Shown: piece by piece, positions 31,475 through 41,306 of the stretch | Numbering within the stretch: position 1 is the stretch's first letter | How the letters are laid out: each line of letters begins with the position of its first letter | NCBI GenBank assembly: GCA_018649885.1 | Contig: JABIHA010000094.1 | Location: 1 to 64,000 of the forward strand | Length of the DNA stretch: 64,000 bases | Direction of reading: 5' to 3' | Source: Bacteriovoracaceae bacterium | GTDB taxonomy: Bacteria; Bdellovibrionota; Bacteriovoracia; Bacteriovoracales; Bacteriovoracaceae | Translations under genes and position numbers: made by a program | The notes under the pieces: model-generated | The model's input: only the letters and a program-made list of their open reading frames with translations | What the model was told of the DNA's origin: nothing | Databases searched by the model: none

Positions 31475-32251
31475 TTATTCATCGTCCTTAGGTTTTGAAA
31501 CAAGCTCCAAAAACTTTTTTCGACATTTAACTTCCCAACCCTTGTACTCTTCTACAGAAGAGCCCTTTGAGCCTCTTCCAAAGCTTTGAGAATACCTCAC
31601 ACAATCCGAGAAGCTCTCCATATAAAATGAGCTTTCAACAACCCTAAGCTTTGAATGCTCAATGATTGAATCATTTTTTATATTTTTTAGAATGTCTAAA
31701 TACCTAAACCTTGCAGCATCATAGACACCTGTTTTGAAATAAAAATCTGCAATATATTGCTCTTTTTGCTCAAGCATCAAGCTACATTCAATAATTCGGT
31801 CATTGGATTTTCCGGCATGCTCTGTTCCAGGAAATCTTCGAATAACTTCATTGTAATATTTAACTGCTTCTGATGCTGAAGATAAATCTCTATCATAGGT
31901 AGAGGGTAGCTGGTTGTAATAACTTTCAGCAATTCTCCATGTCACGTATCCAAGCCTCTTGTGCTTGGGGTGAGAGTCCCTAAACAACAAATAAGCTGCA
32001 GCTGCTTCTACAAAATTTCCTTGCTTAAAAAGAATATCAGCCTGCAAAAGCTCGGCGTGAGTTGCAAAAAAACTATAGGGATATTGAGATTTTAGTTGCC
32101 CTAATTTTTCTGTAGCTAGTAAAAATCTACTTCGCTCAAAATAATCCAGCGCCTCTTTATACAAAACCTCGGCTTCAGTCTTTCCAGTAATCTCGTCACT
32201 ACTACAGCCTGCAAAGAGGCCAACTATGCATAATAAAAGTATCAATTTCAT
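31475..32251 (-). CDS. bamD: Outer-membrane assembly lipoprotein BamD
   Basis: Lipobox FAGC, YPYS, DRDLS, IADFY. Confidence 0.9.
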   Translation of the reverse strand: MKLILLLCIVGLFAGCSSDEITGKTEAEVLYKEALDYFERSRFLLATEKLGQLKSQYPYSFFATHAELLQADILFKQGNFVEAAAAYLLFRDSHPKHKRLGYVTWRIAESYYNQLPSTYDRDLSSASEAVKYYNEVIRRFPGTEHAGKSNDRIIECSLMLEQKEQYIADFYFKTGVYDAARFRYLDILKNIKNDSIIEHSKLRVVESSFYMESFSDCVRYSQSFGRGSKGSSVEEYKGWEVKCRKKFLELVSKPKDDE

Positions 32252-32293
32252 AGCACTAATCTACCTCGCACAGGCGGGGGCAGTCAAAGGGAT

Positions 32294-33367
32294 CTACATA
32301 TTTCTTTTCTGGGTAGGACCTGAGGGGTAAATGCTAAAGTAGAACTCTTGAAAAAGCAGTTTAAAGGCTGCAGCAAATGGTATTGAAACCACCATTCCCA
32401 TAATTCCCATCATTTGGGATCCAAGGACAACACTTACCACCACAATAATGGGGTGAAGATCTACAATTTTTGAAACCAAAATAGGAAAAACAAGACCCAG
32501 ATCAATTGCGTTGGCCAAGGAGTACAGCACAATAACTGCACCAAGCTGGGAAGTTAGCCCCCCATATTCAATGAGCCCAATAATAATCGCTGGAACAAAA
32601 CCCAAAATTGGGCCCACATAGGGAATAATATTGGTAATAGCTGCAACGAGTCCAAGAATGATGGCAAATCGTAGATCGATTATTACTAAACCGGTTGTGA
32701 TGATCACTCCCACAATTGTGGCCTCTACGAATTTAGCAAATATGTAATCACCTAGTTGCTTATTGAATTTATGCATTAAGCTGTAAACTCTTTCAAAAAT
32801 AGAATTTGGAACCAACTTAAGAATTGAGTATTTAAAATTCTTCCCGTCTTTAAACAAGAAAAATAAAAATAAGGGCACCAGAAAAAACCACTCCAGTATG
32901 GTGCCTAAAATTGATGGAAGCCCAAGTATTGCGGACTTGAGTCCATCTTTTATTAGATTAATTCCAGAATCAAGGGCCCTATCACCATATTTTTCAAAGC
33001 CAGGAACATTTACCCTCGCTTTAATTTCCGAGAATTTCTTACGTGCGAATTTTTCAAACTTGGGAAGGTAGTACTGAAGGTTATCGGCTTCTTTTTTTAT
33101 AGCAGGAACGGCCATAATTACAGGGTAAACAATCATAACTCCAAAGCTAAGAATAATAATAATGGAGGTAAAGGTTCTATTTATCCCAAACTTAGAAAAA
33201 AATGGAAATGAAGGTTTGGCCAGGAATGAGAGAATATAGGAAAAGCAAAGTGGAAGAACTAGTCTTCTTAGATTCAGAAAAAATAAAAAGCAAACAAGAA
33301 TAATAGACGAAAAGAAAACCATCCTAAGTAAGTTTGAATTTCGTTTTACTTTAGTTTCTTTTATCAT
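32294..33367 (-). CDS. AI-2E (PerM) family transporter
   Basis: Multiple TMs, IPYVGP, LHPI, G..G....IP. Confidence 0.9.
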   Translation of the reverse strand: MIKETKVKRNSNLLRMVFFSSIILVCFLFFLNLRRLVLPLCFSYILSFLAKPSFPFFSKFGINRTFTSIIIILSFGVMIVYPVIMAVPAIKKEADNLQYYLPKFEKFARKKFSEIKARVNVPGFEKYGDRALDSGINLIKDGLKSAILGLPSILGTILEWFFLVPLFLFFLFKDGKNFKYSILKLVPNSIFERVYSLMHKFNKQLGDYIFAKFVEATIVGVIITTGLVIIDLRFAIILGLVAAITNIIPYVGPILGFVPAIIIGLIEYGGLTSQLGAVIVLYSLANAIDLGLVFPILVSKIVDLHPIIVVVSVVLGSQMMGIMGMVVSIPFAAAFKLLFQEFYFSIYPSGPTQKRNM

Positions 33368-34004
33368 TTTGCTCTATTCTAGAAAATTTATATTTAAGTA
33401 ACCTTATTTCATTGCTCATGGCCGTCATTCTATTTGCAAGTATCATAGAGATTGATTGAAGTAGCTTAGCTCCAACGACTGGGAAATGATCAATGAGCTC
33501 CTCCATATCCGGTCGAAAAATTCCAAGAAGTGTACTCGCCCCTCTTGAAATAGCTGACGCTGTTCTAAGGTTTACCTCCTGTAGTAGTGCTAACTCACCG
33601 AAGTAGTCATTTCTTTCAAGCGTTGTGATGTGAACTTTGTCTCCATTTTTGACTACAGCACCGGGCGCCCCTCCTGACTCATTCTCCCCTATTTTAGTTC
33701 CATAAATTTCTACATTTCCTGAAAAAATAAAATAGAATCCGACACCTACTTGATCTTGATTAAAGATTGTTTCTTGATTTTCAAATGACCTTAGATGGAG
33801 GTGATTAGATAAAATGCGAAGTTCATTATCTGAAAAATTTTTCAATACATGAACTGATCTTAAAAATTTCGGTATTATATTATCTTTGGTTCTCGAAAGA
33901 GGGGACGCCTGCCAAAAATATTTTAAAACAGAAATACTTAATCTTTCAGGCAGATCACTATTTTCATCCATTTTGGTTTTTATTTCGTCTTCGTAGCTTC
34001 CCAT
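33351..34004 (-). CDS. Cyclic-nucleotide-binding domain protein
   Basis: IFNQDQ, FYFI.SG.V, FGELAL, RTASA. Confidence 0.9.
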   Translation of the reverse strand: MGSYEDEIKTKMDENSDLPERLSISVLKYFWQASPLSRTKDNIIPKFLRSVHVLKNFSDNELRILSNHLHLRSFENQETIFNQDQVGVGFYFIFSGNVEIYGTKIGENESGGAPGAVVKNGDKVHITTLERNDYFGELALLQEVNLRTASAISRGASTLLGIFRPDMEELIDHFPVVGAKLLQSISMILANRMTAMSNEIRLLKYKFSRIEQNDKRN

Positions 34005-34011
34005 TAATACC

Positions 34012-34677
34012 TCAGTAAACTCCCAAATCTTTTGATCTCACCCAACCAGCAAGATCTACAGGGGACTTAATATAATACCAACCGTCTTTTGGCTGTTCTA
34101 CTAAAACTTTTAGCCCAGCTGGTAGAGGCCTAGATACTTCAAAAATCTTTGATGGACCTTCTCTAATTTCAGCGTCAACAAGCGAAACGGCATAATTTAA
34201 TTTTTTAACAAAGATAGATGAGAACAATACAGGAATACAGGCCACTGCCAAAATCAAAACCACCCCTGGTACTTTTTTTATTTTTTTTAATGCTACACCT
34301 ACAATCCCGGCTAAAATAATCATCAAACTAAGAGTCATATAAGCTTCAGAGGGAATCTCTTTTGAGCTTCTCCAGAAAAAATCATAGAAATCTTGAGAGC
34401 TCTCAGCTTGAACACCAATTACATTAGTTTTCACTAAATTAATGTTTTTCAAAGCACCCGACTTTGAATAGCCCGCCCAGATTGACTTTTCTAGGTGAAA
34501 CCTAGCAGCACCTATATTCTCAATTTTGAGATATGCTGTTCCTAAGTTGTAATGGAACTGGCCCAGGGGGAAGGAAGCCTTCTCCTTTAGCAAAAGATTG
34601 ATAAAATCATCAAACTTTTGATTAAGGTATAGGTCCTGCAATTTATTTAAGGTTTCGTTTGTGCTAGTATTTGCCAT
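34012..34677 (-). CDS. BatE-like TPR + TM + SH3 protein
   Basis: HYNLGTAY, two TMs, REGPS...GWV. Confidence 0.75.
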   Translation of the reverse strand: MANTSTNETLNKLQDLYLNQKFDDFINLLLKEKASFPLGQFHYNLGTAYLKIENIGAARFHLEKSIWAGYSKSGALKNINLVKTNVIGVQAESSQDFYDFFWRSSKEIPSEAYMTLSLMIILAGIVGVALKKIKKVPGVVLILAVACIPVLFSSIFVKKLNYAVSLVDAEIREGPSKIFEVSRPLPAGLKVLVEQPKDGWYYIKSPVDLAGWVRSKDLGVY

Positions 34678-34749
34678 GTTAAGATTATCTCACTCAAACA
34701 ATACTTTTCAAGAATATTACTAATTGTTTTAAATATTTGGGGCTGACTA

Positions 34750-36114
34750 ATGACACTGGGCGCTGGAAACGACGAAATCCAAAAACAAATCGATCACCTA
34801 TTCTCTTCAATTTTAGTTGAGCAGAAGACAATAAACAAAGTTAAAGGGGCTGATCCAGGGAAAGAATCCATGGCGAAAAAGCTTCTTGAAGACTATGGCG
34901 ACAACAGAGGAAGGGGATTTATATTTGATAACCTCTCCACTGGAAGGGGCCATGGCCCTTTTACTGAACATCAGGACGGCTCTGTAAAATTTGACTTGAT
35001 CAATGGTATCGGAATTAACCTGCTGGGTCATTCTCATCCAGTCTATATTAAGTCATGTCTTGAGGCTGCCACCTACGACACTCTCATGTGCGGTAATTTG
35101 CAACCGTATGGCCCAAGTAAAGAACTAACAAAAAGCATAACCGATGCGGTAGATGATTCCAGACTAAAGCATTTTTGGTTTGCAGGCTCCGGCTCATTTG
35201 CCAACGATCTCGCCTTAAAACTTTTATGGCAAAAACAAAGTCCTAAATATGGACTAATTGCATTTAACAATGCCTTCGCCGGAAGAAGTGTAGCAACACA
35301 AGATATTACAACAAACCCTGCCTACAGGGAGGGGATGCCTAGAAATTTAAATGTTTCCTATGCACCTCACTATGACCAGAACAACCCTGATGGTGCCCTT
35401 CAAAATACTCTTGATGCCTTAGATAAAATTTGGAATGAAAACCCAGATTCTTTTTGCGCCATCATGATGGAAATTATCCAAGGAGAAGGCGGTTTTGTAT
35501 TTGGAACAAAAGAGTACTACCAAGGTGTCTTTGACTGGGCAAAAAGCAAAGGCATATATATTTGGATTGATGAAGTTCAAAGCTTTGGAAGAACACACGA
35601 GCTTTTTGCCTTTCAGACTTTCGGTTTACAAGAATATGTCGACATAGTGACTATCGCAAAAACACTTCAAGTGGGGGGCCTTCTCTATACTGAAGAGTTA
35701 AATCCAAAACCTGGTTTAATTGCTGGTACGTTTAATGGCTCTATCCCATCCATCATTGCCGGAAGCAAGGTCGTAAAATTTCTCACTGAAGGAAATTTTT
35801 ATGGTCAAAATGGAAGGATAAAACAAATTGAAGAAACTTTTATAGGTAAGCTTCAGGATTTGATGGCCGGCTCATGCAAAGGGAAAATTAAATACGCAGG
35901 TGGCATTGGAACAATGATAGCCTTTGAAGTTGGCAACTCTGATAAAGAAGACACCTGGAAGTTTATAAGAAAACTATTTGAAAACGGAATTGTCGCTTTT
36001 AGCGCCGGTCGAGGCCCTGTTAGAGTTCGTTTCTTGCTACCAATTTCCCTCAAAGATGAGCATATTGACGAAATTTTTCAAATCTTAGAAAAAACGGTCC
36101 ACGAGGTGTTTTAG
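34750..36114 (+). CDS. Class III PLP aminotransferase (AstC-position gene)
   Basis: EIIQGEGG, DEVQSFGRT, AK Schiff-base Lys, GTF; adjacent to astA. Confidence 0.9.
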   Translation: MTLGAGNDEIQKQIDHLFSSILVEQKTINKVKGADPGKESMAKKLLEDYGDNRGRGFIFDNLSTGRGHGPFTEHQDGSVKFDLINGIGINLLGHSHPVYIKSCLEAATYDTLMCGNLQPYGPSKELTKSITDAVDDSRLKHFWFAGSGSFANDLALKLLWQKQSPKYGLIAFNNAFAGRSVATQDITTNPAYREGMPRNLNVSYAPHYDQNNPDGALQNTLDALDKIWNENPDSFCAIMMEIIQGEGGFVFGTKEYYQGVFDWAKSKGIYIWIDEVQSFGRTHELFAFQTFGLQEYVDIVTIAKTLQVGGLLYTEELNPKPGLIAGTFNGSIPSIIAGSKVVKFLTEGNFYGQNGRIKQIEETFIGKLQDLMAGSCKGKIKYAGGIGTMIAFEVGNSDKEDTWKFIRKLFENGIVAFSAGRGPVRVRFLLPISLKDEHIDEIFQILEKTVHEVF

Positions 36115-36117
36115 TCA

Positions 36118-37143
36118 ATGTTTATAATAAGATCAGTTACGTCAAATGATCTAAATGATGTATATGAGCTAAGCAAATTAGTTCTCTTTATCAATTTGCC
36201 ACCAGATAAAGAGATTGTTCAAAATAAAATTAAAAATTCAATTCAAACATTTCGAAAACCTTTCAAAGACCTTCACAAAAATTATTATATTTTTGTTCTA
36301 GAAGATTTAGAAACTGGAAATGTTATTGGGGTATCTCTCATTCATGCTCGCCATGGAACAGACTCAGAACCTCACTTCTTTCTAAGGGTTGGCCAAGAAC
36401 ATAAGTTCAGCTCCACTATCAATACTGGCTTTATACATGGAACATTAAAGCTGGGATATGACATTGAAGGTCCTTCCGAAATTGGTGGCATCGTAATCAA
36501 CCATGCCTATAGAGGAAACCCTGAAAAACTTGGAAAGCAACTTTCATTTATTCGATTTTTATATATGGGTTTATATCCCGAGAGGTTTTCACCTGTTATT
36601 CACACTGAGCTCATGCCCCCACTAGATAAGGAGGGGAAAAGTCCTCTATGGGAAGCCGTCGGTAGAAAATTTCTAAATATGGATTACCATGAAGCTGATA
36701 TTCTGAGTCGATCAAACAAAGAATTCATTTTAAACCTTTTTCCCAGTGACAATATATATGTAAACCTCCTTCCCGTTGAGGCCAGAGACTCAATTGGTCG
36801 AGTAGGGCCCGATACTCAAGGAGTCAAAAAAATGCTTGAGGGAGTCGGATTTAAATATATAAACGAAGTTGACCCTTTTGATGGAGGACCACACTATCGT
36901 TGCCCTTTAAAAGAGATTTCGTCTGTTAAAAATATGCAACATGGAAGGGTTGAACTGGGCGCAAAATATTTAGAAGACCAAAATGATAAAGTACTAATTC
37001 AAATACCATCGAAAAACCACGATTTTTTGGCCACATCAGCAGATATTAATTTCAAAAATGGTGTTATTTCACTTCCCCAAAACCTCATTCAGGAACTAAA
37101 ATTAGATAAAGACTTCGAGACGTCTTTTATATACTTAGACTGA
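36118..37143 (+). CDS. astA: Arginine N-succinyltransferase
   Basis: NLP, YIFVLED, GKQLS..RF, SPLWEAVGRKF, DPFDGGP. Confidence 0.92.
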   Translation: MFIIRSVTSNDLNDVYELSKLVLFINLPPDKEIVQNKIKNSIQTFRKPFKDLHKNYYIFVLEDLETGNVIGVSLIHARHGTDSEPHFFLRVGQEHKFSSTINTGFIHGTLKLGYDIEGPSEIGGIVINHAYRGNPEKLGKQLSFIRFLYMGLYPERFSPVIHTELMPPLDKEGKSPLWEAVGRKFLNMDYHEADILSRSNKEFILNLFPSDNIYVNLLPVEARDSIGRVGPDTQGVKKMLEGVGFKYINEVDPFDGGPHYRCPLKEISSVKNMQHGRVELGAKYLEDQNDKVLIQIPSKNHDFLATSADINFKNGVISLPQNLIQELKLDKDFETSFIYLD

Positions 37144-37154
37144 GGGCAAAAAAT

Positions 37155-38684
37155 ATGGCAATTGAACTTAAGGGTGATTACTTCGGTGGTCAATTTCACA
37201 GTAGACTTAATCCATTCACAACGGCTGGGTTAGATTCTGCTGATGAATCCATTAAAAAGTATTGTCCCGCAGATTTAAAAAACCATCTCTGGACCTGTGC
37301 TGTTGATTACCAGCATATTGAAAAGGTCATCACTAGTAGTAATGATGGATACAAGTCTTGGAGAAAGCTCAGCACCCACGACAGAGCAAACTACATTGGT
37401 AAATATAAAGAAATTTTAGAAAAAAGAAAAAATGAAATTGCAGAAGCTATTTCCTATGAGACTGGGCGACCGCTTTGGGAAGCTGAACTTGAAGCCGCAT
37501 GGTTAAGCGCCAAGGTTGATTCCACATTAAATGAATCCTTAAAGCGTGTTGAAACAAAGCACTTTGAAAATATTGCACCAGGGACTCATGGAAGACTTAG
37601 CTTTAAATCAATTGGCCCCGCCTTAGTTATTGGCCCTTTTAATTTCCCATGCCATCTAGCAAATGGACAAATCCTTAGCGCTCTAATTACAGGTAACTCT
37701 ATCATTTTTAAACCGTCTGATAAAACGATCTTCAGTGGTCAACTTTTGATAGAATGCTTTCATGAAGCAGGGTTTCCGAGCGGAGTGATAAATTTTATCA
37801 CGGGAACAGCAGAGACTGGCAGAAGACTCCTAAAGGAAAAATCAATCAAGGGCGTTTATTTTACTGGCTCAATGGAAGTGGGAAAGCAAATACTAAAAAC
37901 GACCCATCAAGACCTCACAAAACTAGTGGCACTTGAACTAGGAGGGAAGAATACAACCATCATCCATAAGGATGCAAAAATAGATCATGCAATGGCCGAA
38001 TTAGTGCGAGCCAGTTTCCTCACGACAGGTCAAAGATGTACCTCTACCTCAATAGTGGCAATACATGATTCTATAAAAGATGAATTCATTGATCGCTTTC
38101 ACAAGCTCGCAAAAAGGCTCGTCATCGATCATCCAATAGAATTCGAAAAAGAGCCTTTCATGGGCCCCCTTATTGATCAAAAGGCCGTTGATAATTACTT
38201 ACTATTTATGGGTATGGGTAAAAGAGAAGGCTACTCTGAAATTATGAGAGGTAAGTGTATACAGAAAAAACATGAAGGATATTATGTTTCTCCTTCAATA
38301 CACTATATTGAAGATCCTTCAAAGAAAAGTGTCTTCTTCTCAAGTGAGCTCTTTGCTCCAAATGTGATTTTTACTCCCTATACTGAAATTGATGATGCAA
38401 TCAATATAAGCAATATGAGTCAGTATGGCCTTGCTGCCTCTGTATTCACAGAAGACAAGGTGCTTTTTAATCAGTGTATTTCCGAGATTGAAACTGGCTT
38501 GATTAATTTAAATAAATCAACAATTGGTGCCAGTTCAAAACTTCCTTTTGGGGGATTTAAAAATTCTGGGAATTATCGATCTGCAGGAATAAGTATGATA
38601 GATCATACTGTTCATACTCAATCTGCTCTTGAAATTGAAGCAGAAGACGATGTTGATTTTGATCAAATCAAAGGAATAAATTAA
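37155..38684 (+). CDS. astD: Succinylglutamate-semialdehyde dehydrogenase-like ALDH
   Basis: GPFNFPCHLANG, ELGGKN, GQRCTS, GASSKLPFGG..SGN. Confidence 0.85.
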   Translation: MAIELKGDYFGGQFHSRLNPFTTAGLDSADESIKKYCPADLKNHLWTCAVDYQHIEKVITSSNDGYKSWRKLSTHDRANYIGKYKEILEKRKNEIAEAISYETGRPLWEAELEAAWLSAKVDSTLNESLKRVETKHFENIAPGTHGRLSFKSIGPALVIGPFNFPCHLANGQILSALITGNSIIFKPSDKTIFSGQLLIECFHEAGFPSGVINFITGTAETGRRLLKEKSIKGVYFTGSMEVGKQILKTTHQDLTKLVALELGGKNTTIIHKDAKIDHAMAELVRASFLTTGQRCTSTSIVAIHDSIKDEFIDRFHKLAKRLVIDHPIEFEKEPFMGPLIDQKAVDNYLLFMGMGKREGYSEIMRGKCIQKKHEGYYVSPSIHYIEDPSKKSVFFSSELFAPNVIFTPYTEIDDAINISNMSQYGLAASVFTEDKVLFNQCISEIETGLINLNKSTIGASSKLPFGGFKNSGNYRSAGISMIDHTVHTQSALEIEAEDDVDFDQIKGIN

Positions 38685-38992
38685 AAGTACTCAAGCAACT
38701 CACTTAAGTGCCACAGAGTTAATTTTCCAATTTTTTTGAATAATTTATCATCAACTTCGCACGCTGATTTAAATTTCTTAAGCGCCTTATGTTTTGATGG
38801 AATTTGGTTAAGCCTAGACTGTGGTCTTTTATCAAATTTCCCCACCAGGCTTTCAGATTTTTTTAAACAGGTTTTCAGCTTAGAAGCCTCTAGCCCATCC
38901 AGTTGTTTTTTTAATGCTCTTGCGTTCCGATCAAATTGACTAGAGCCAACCACCGGAAACATTAGCAAAACGATTAAACAAAGTTTATTCAC
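38681..38992 (-). CDS. Small secreted hypothetical protein
   Basis: Signal-like N-terminus from GTG at 38992 with GGGGG SD. Confidence 0.55.
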   Translation of the reverse strand: MNKLCLIVLLMFPVVGSSQFDRNARALKKQLDGLEASKLKTCLKKSESLVGKFDKRPQSRLNQIPSKHKALKKFKSACEVDDKLFKKIGKLTLWHLSELLEYF

Positions 38993-39017
38993 ATATCCCC
39001 CAGAGCGTTCCACAATA

Positions 39018-39044
39018 ATATCGGATTAATTCTATCAACCTTTA
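39018..39044 (-). promoter_or_regulatory. Sigma28-type promoter
   Basis: TAAA-15nt-TCCGATAT. Confidence 0.65.
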
Positions 39045-39134
39045 GCTACTGGGCAAAGAAAATGACTAACTACTTATAATTTAATAGTAAATAAAATTTC
39101 GTTAGTGACACAATTTATTTGTATAATGGGCAAT

Positions 39135-40019
39135 ATGATTTATCACTCTACTAAAGATTTTGATCTCAAAAACATTGAAATTGGTGATGTGCCTGCTTAT
39201 ACGCATACACTAATGGTCGCTCCCGAGCACTTTTCCATTGAGTATGAAATCAATCCCTATATGAATGCAGCCGGTGAAAAAATTAATCATGCAAAAGCAT
39301 TTGAGCAGTGGCTGTCTCTCAAAGAAACTTATGTCTCTTTGGGATACGTTGTTCATACGCTGGAAGGAGTAGAAAAATTCCCCGATATGGTATTTGCGGC
39401 CAATCAAAGTCTCCCATTTTGGGATATAGCAAATCAGCAAAAATCTGTCATCCTATCAAGAATGCGCCATCCTGAAAGAGCTGGTGAAGTTTCCTACTTT
39501 AGAGACTTCTTCAAATCACAGGGGTGTAAGATCTATGAATTAGAAAATGGATATTTTGAAGGAAATGGGGATTTGATTCCACTGCCTGGAAAGAACATAT
39601 TTTTTGCAGGATATGGGTTTAGAACATCTAGTGAAAATCTAGAGAATATTTCCAGAATTACAAATTATCATACTTTGGCATTTGAATTAAAAAACCCTAA
39701 TTTTTATCACCTTGATACGTGCCTTAGTATTATTGATCAGAATACTGCACTTTACACACCTAGCGCTTTTACTGACGCAGGGATTGAGCTATTAAAAAAA
39801 TTCTTTCTGAACCTGATCGAAATTAGCGAACCAGACGCTATTAAAAATTTCACGTGTAACTCGCACTGCCCTAATGGAAAAGACCTTATCACTGAAAAAT
39901 CTAACTCCAAATTATTTCCTCTACTCGAGAAAATGGGACTTAAAATACATCCAATTGATACCTCAGAATTTATTAAAGCAGGTGGATCAGTATATTGCAT
40001 GAAGCTAATGTGCTACTGA
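39135..40019 (+). CDS. Pentein (amidinotransferase/DDAH/arginine dihydrolase-like) protein
   Basis: YEINP.M, PDMVFAAN, FEG.GD, FYHLDT, GGSVYC. Confidence 0.9.
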   Translation: MIYHSTKDFDLKNIEIGDVPAYTHTLMVAPEHFSIEYEINPYMNAAGEKINHAKAFEQWLSLKETYVSLGYVVHTLEGVEKFPDMVFAANQSLPFWDIANQQKSVILSRMRHPERAGEVSYFRDFFKSQGCKIYELENGYFEGNGDLIPLPGKNIFFAGYGFRTSSENLENISRITNYHTLAFELKNPNFYHLDTCLSIIDQNTALYTPSAFTDAGIELLKKFFLNLIEISEPDAIKNFTCNSHCPNGKDLITEKSNSKLFPLLEKMGLKIHPIDTSEFIKAGGSVYCMKLMCY

Positions 40020-40095
40020 GAGATGGAGGCATCCTCCACAACGTTTTAAGAAATTTAAATCGATAATTACCAATTTTGTTTAATGGGGGAAGTGA

Positions 40096-41232
40096 TCACT
40101 TCCCCTTTTTTTCTTTCAATTGATAGATAAAGACAAATACAAAGGCAAAAAGAATATATTCAATATAAAATGCTTTCGATACCCCGAAACTGTCTGATAG
40201 AAATCCAAAAAATCCGTGAACAAGAAAAAGTGATATCCCAATTCCCGTCATTATCCAGCCAACAACGATCCCCGATTTTTCACCAAATTCACATGTTACC
40301 CAATCCATTCCAAAAGGAAAAAAATACGACATTGAAAGCCCACACAAGCTAAAAGCAATTGGAAGCCTAAACCATTCACCTATCACAAACAAACAGAAAG
40401 TTGTGGCTGTGGAAAGATATAACATCAATTTGTTGCTAACTTTGATACTCAAAAAGCTAAATAATATTCTTCCTGAAAATAGAAAAAAGAAAAATCCACT
40501 CAGATAATTATTTGCTAATTTGGTAGCAAGTCCAAACTCTTCCACTAGAAGGATGACAAGCCTAGATGATAATAAAATTTCAGAAGAAACGTAAAAAGAA
40601 AATAGCATCACAAATGGCATGCACTTTTTAAATGATAATTGAAAGTCTTTCTTATCGGAGCTTATTTCAAGTTTTTTCTCTGTTATTAAAAATGATAAGA
40701 AAAAACCTAAAATTGGTAAAATTCCTGTCGAAACAGAAAACCATCTCCAATCTGCTCCTTTTTCTAAAAACAAATTAAACAAAAAAGGCGATAGAAAAGA
40801 AGAAATCCCATACATCGAATGTAAACCCGAGAACGCCCTCTTTCGATATTCAATGGTAGAAGATTGTGCGGCCAAGATATTCATTACTAGCCCTATTCCA
40901 CCCAGTCCCAAGCCGAGTACCAAGGAATTAAAAATGATTACCCCTAAGCCACTAAAATAAATACTTGAGAAACCAAGTTGGATAGGAGCTAAACCTAGAA
41001 CTAAGAGGAATACTCTCATCCAATAAAGTGAGCTTTTCTTATTTATCCAAAACGGAGCAGTGATGTTTGCGACTAAAGAGCTTAAGCTTGCAAGTGAGAA
41101 AAATAGAGATGCCTCGAACTTAGTTAGGTGAAAAAAATTAATTATAAATGGGTATATCGGCCCTCTACCGTTGTCTATTATGCCTAAGGCAAACAAACTA
41201 AAGTAAGCCAAAATTAAGTGAGTCCAGATCAT
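40096..41232 (-). CDS. MFS transporter (FucP/TsgA-like)
   Basis: ~12 hydrophobic segments, LHSMYGI..F, FYV..E, GR motif. Confidence 0.85.
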   Translation of the reverse strand: MIWTHLILAYFSLFALGIIDNGRGPIYPFIINFFHLTKFEASLFFSLASLSSLVANITAPFWINKKSSLYWMRVFLLVLGLAPIQLGFSSIYFSGLGVIIFNSLVLGLGLGGIGLVMNILAAQSSTIEYRKRAFSGLHSMYGISSFLSPFLFNLFLEKGADWRWFSVSTGILPILGFFLSFLITEKKLEISSDKKDFQLSFKKCMPFVMLFSFYVSSEILLSSRLVILLVEEFGLATKLANNYLSGFFFFLFSGRILFSFLSIKVSNKLMLYLSTATTFCLFVIGEWFRLPIAFSLCGLSMSYFFPFGMDWVTCEFGEKSGIVVGWIMTGIGISLFLVHGFFGFLSDSFGVSKAFYIEYILFAFVFVFIYQLKEKKGK

Positions 41233-41306
41233 TTAACGTACTTATTTAACCTTTCTTAATATCTAAGAAAATAAAAAAACTCCGAAAACAGTGTAAGGGA
41301 ATTTAA

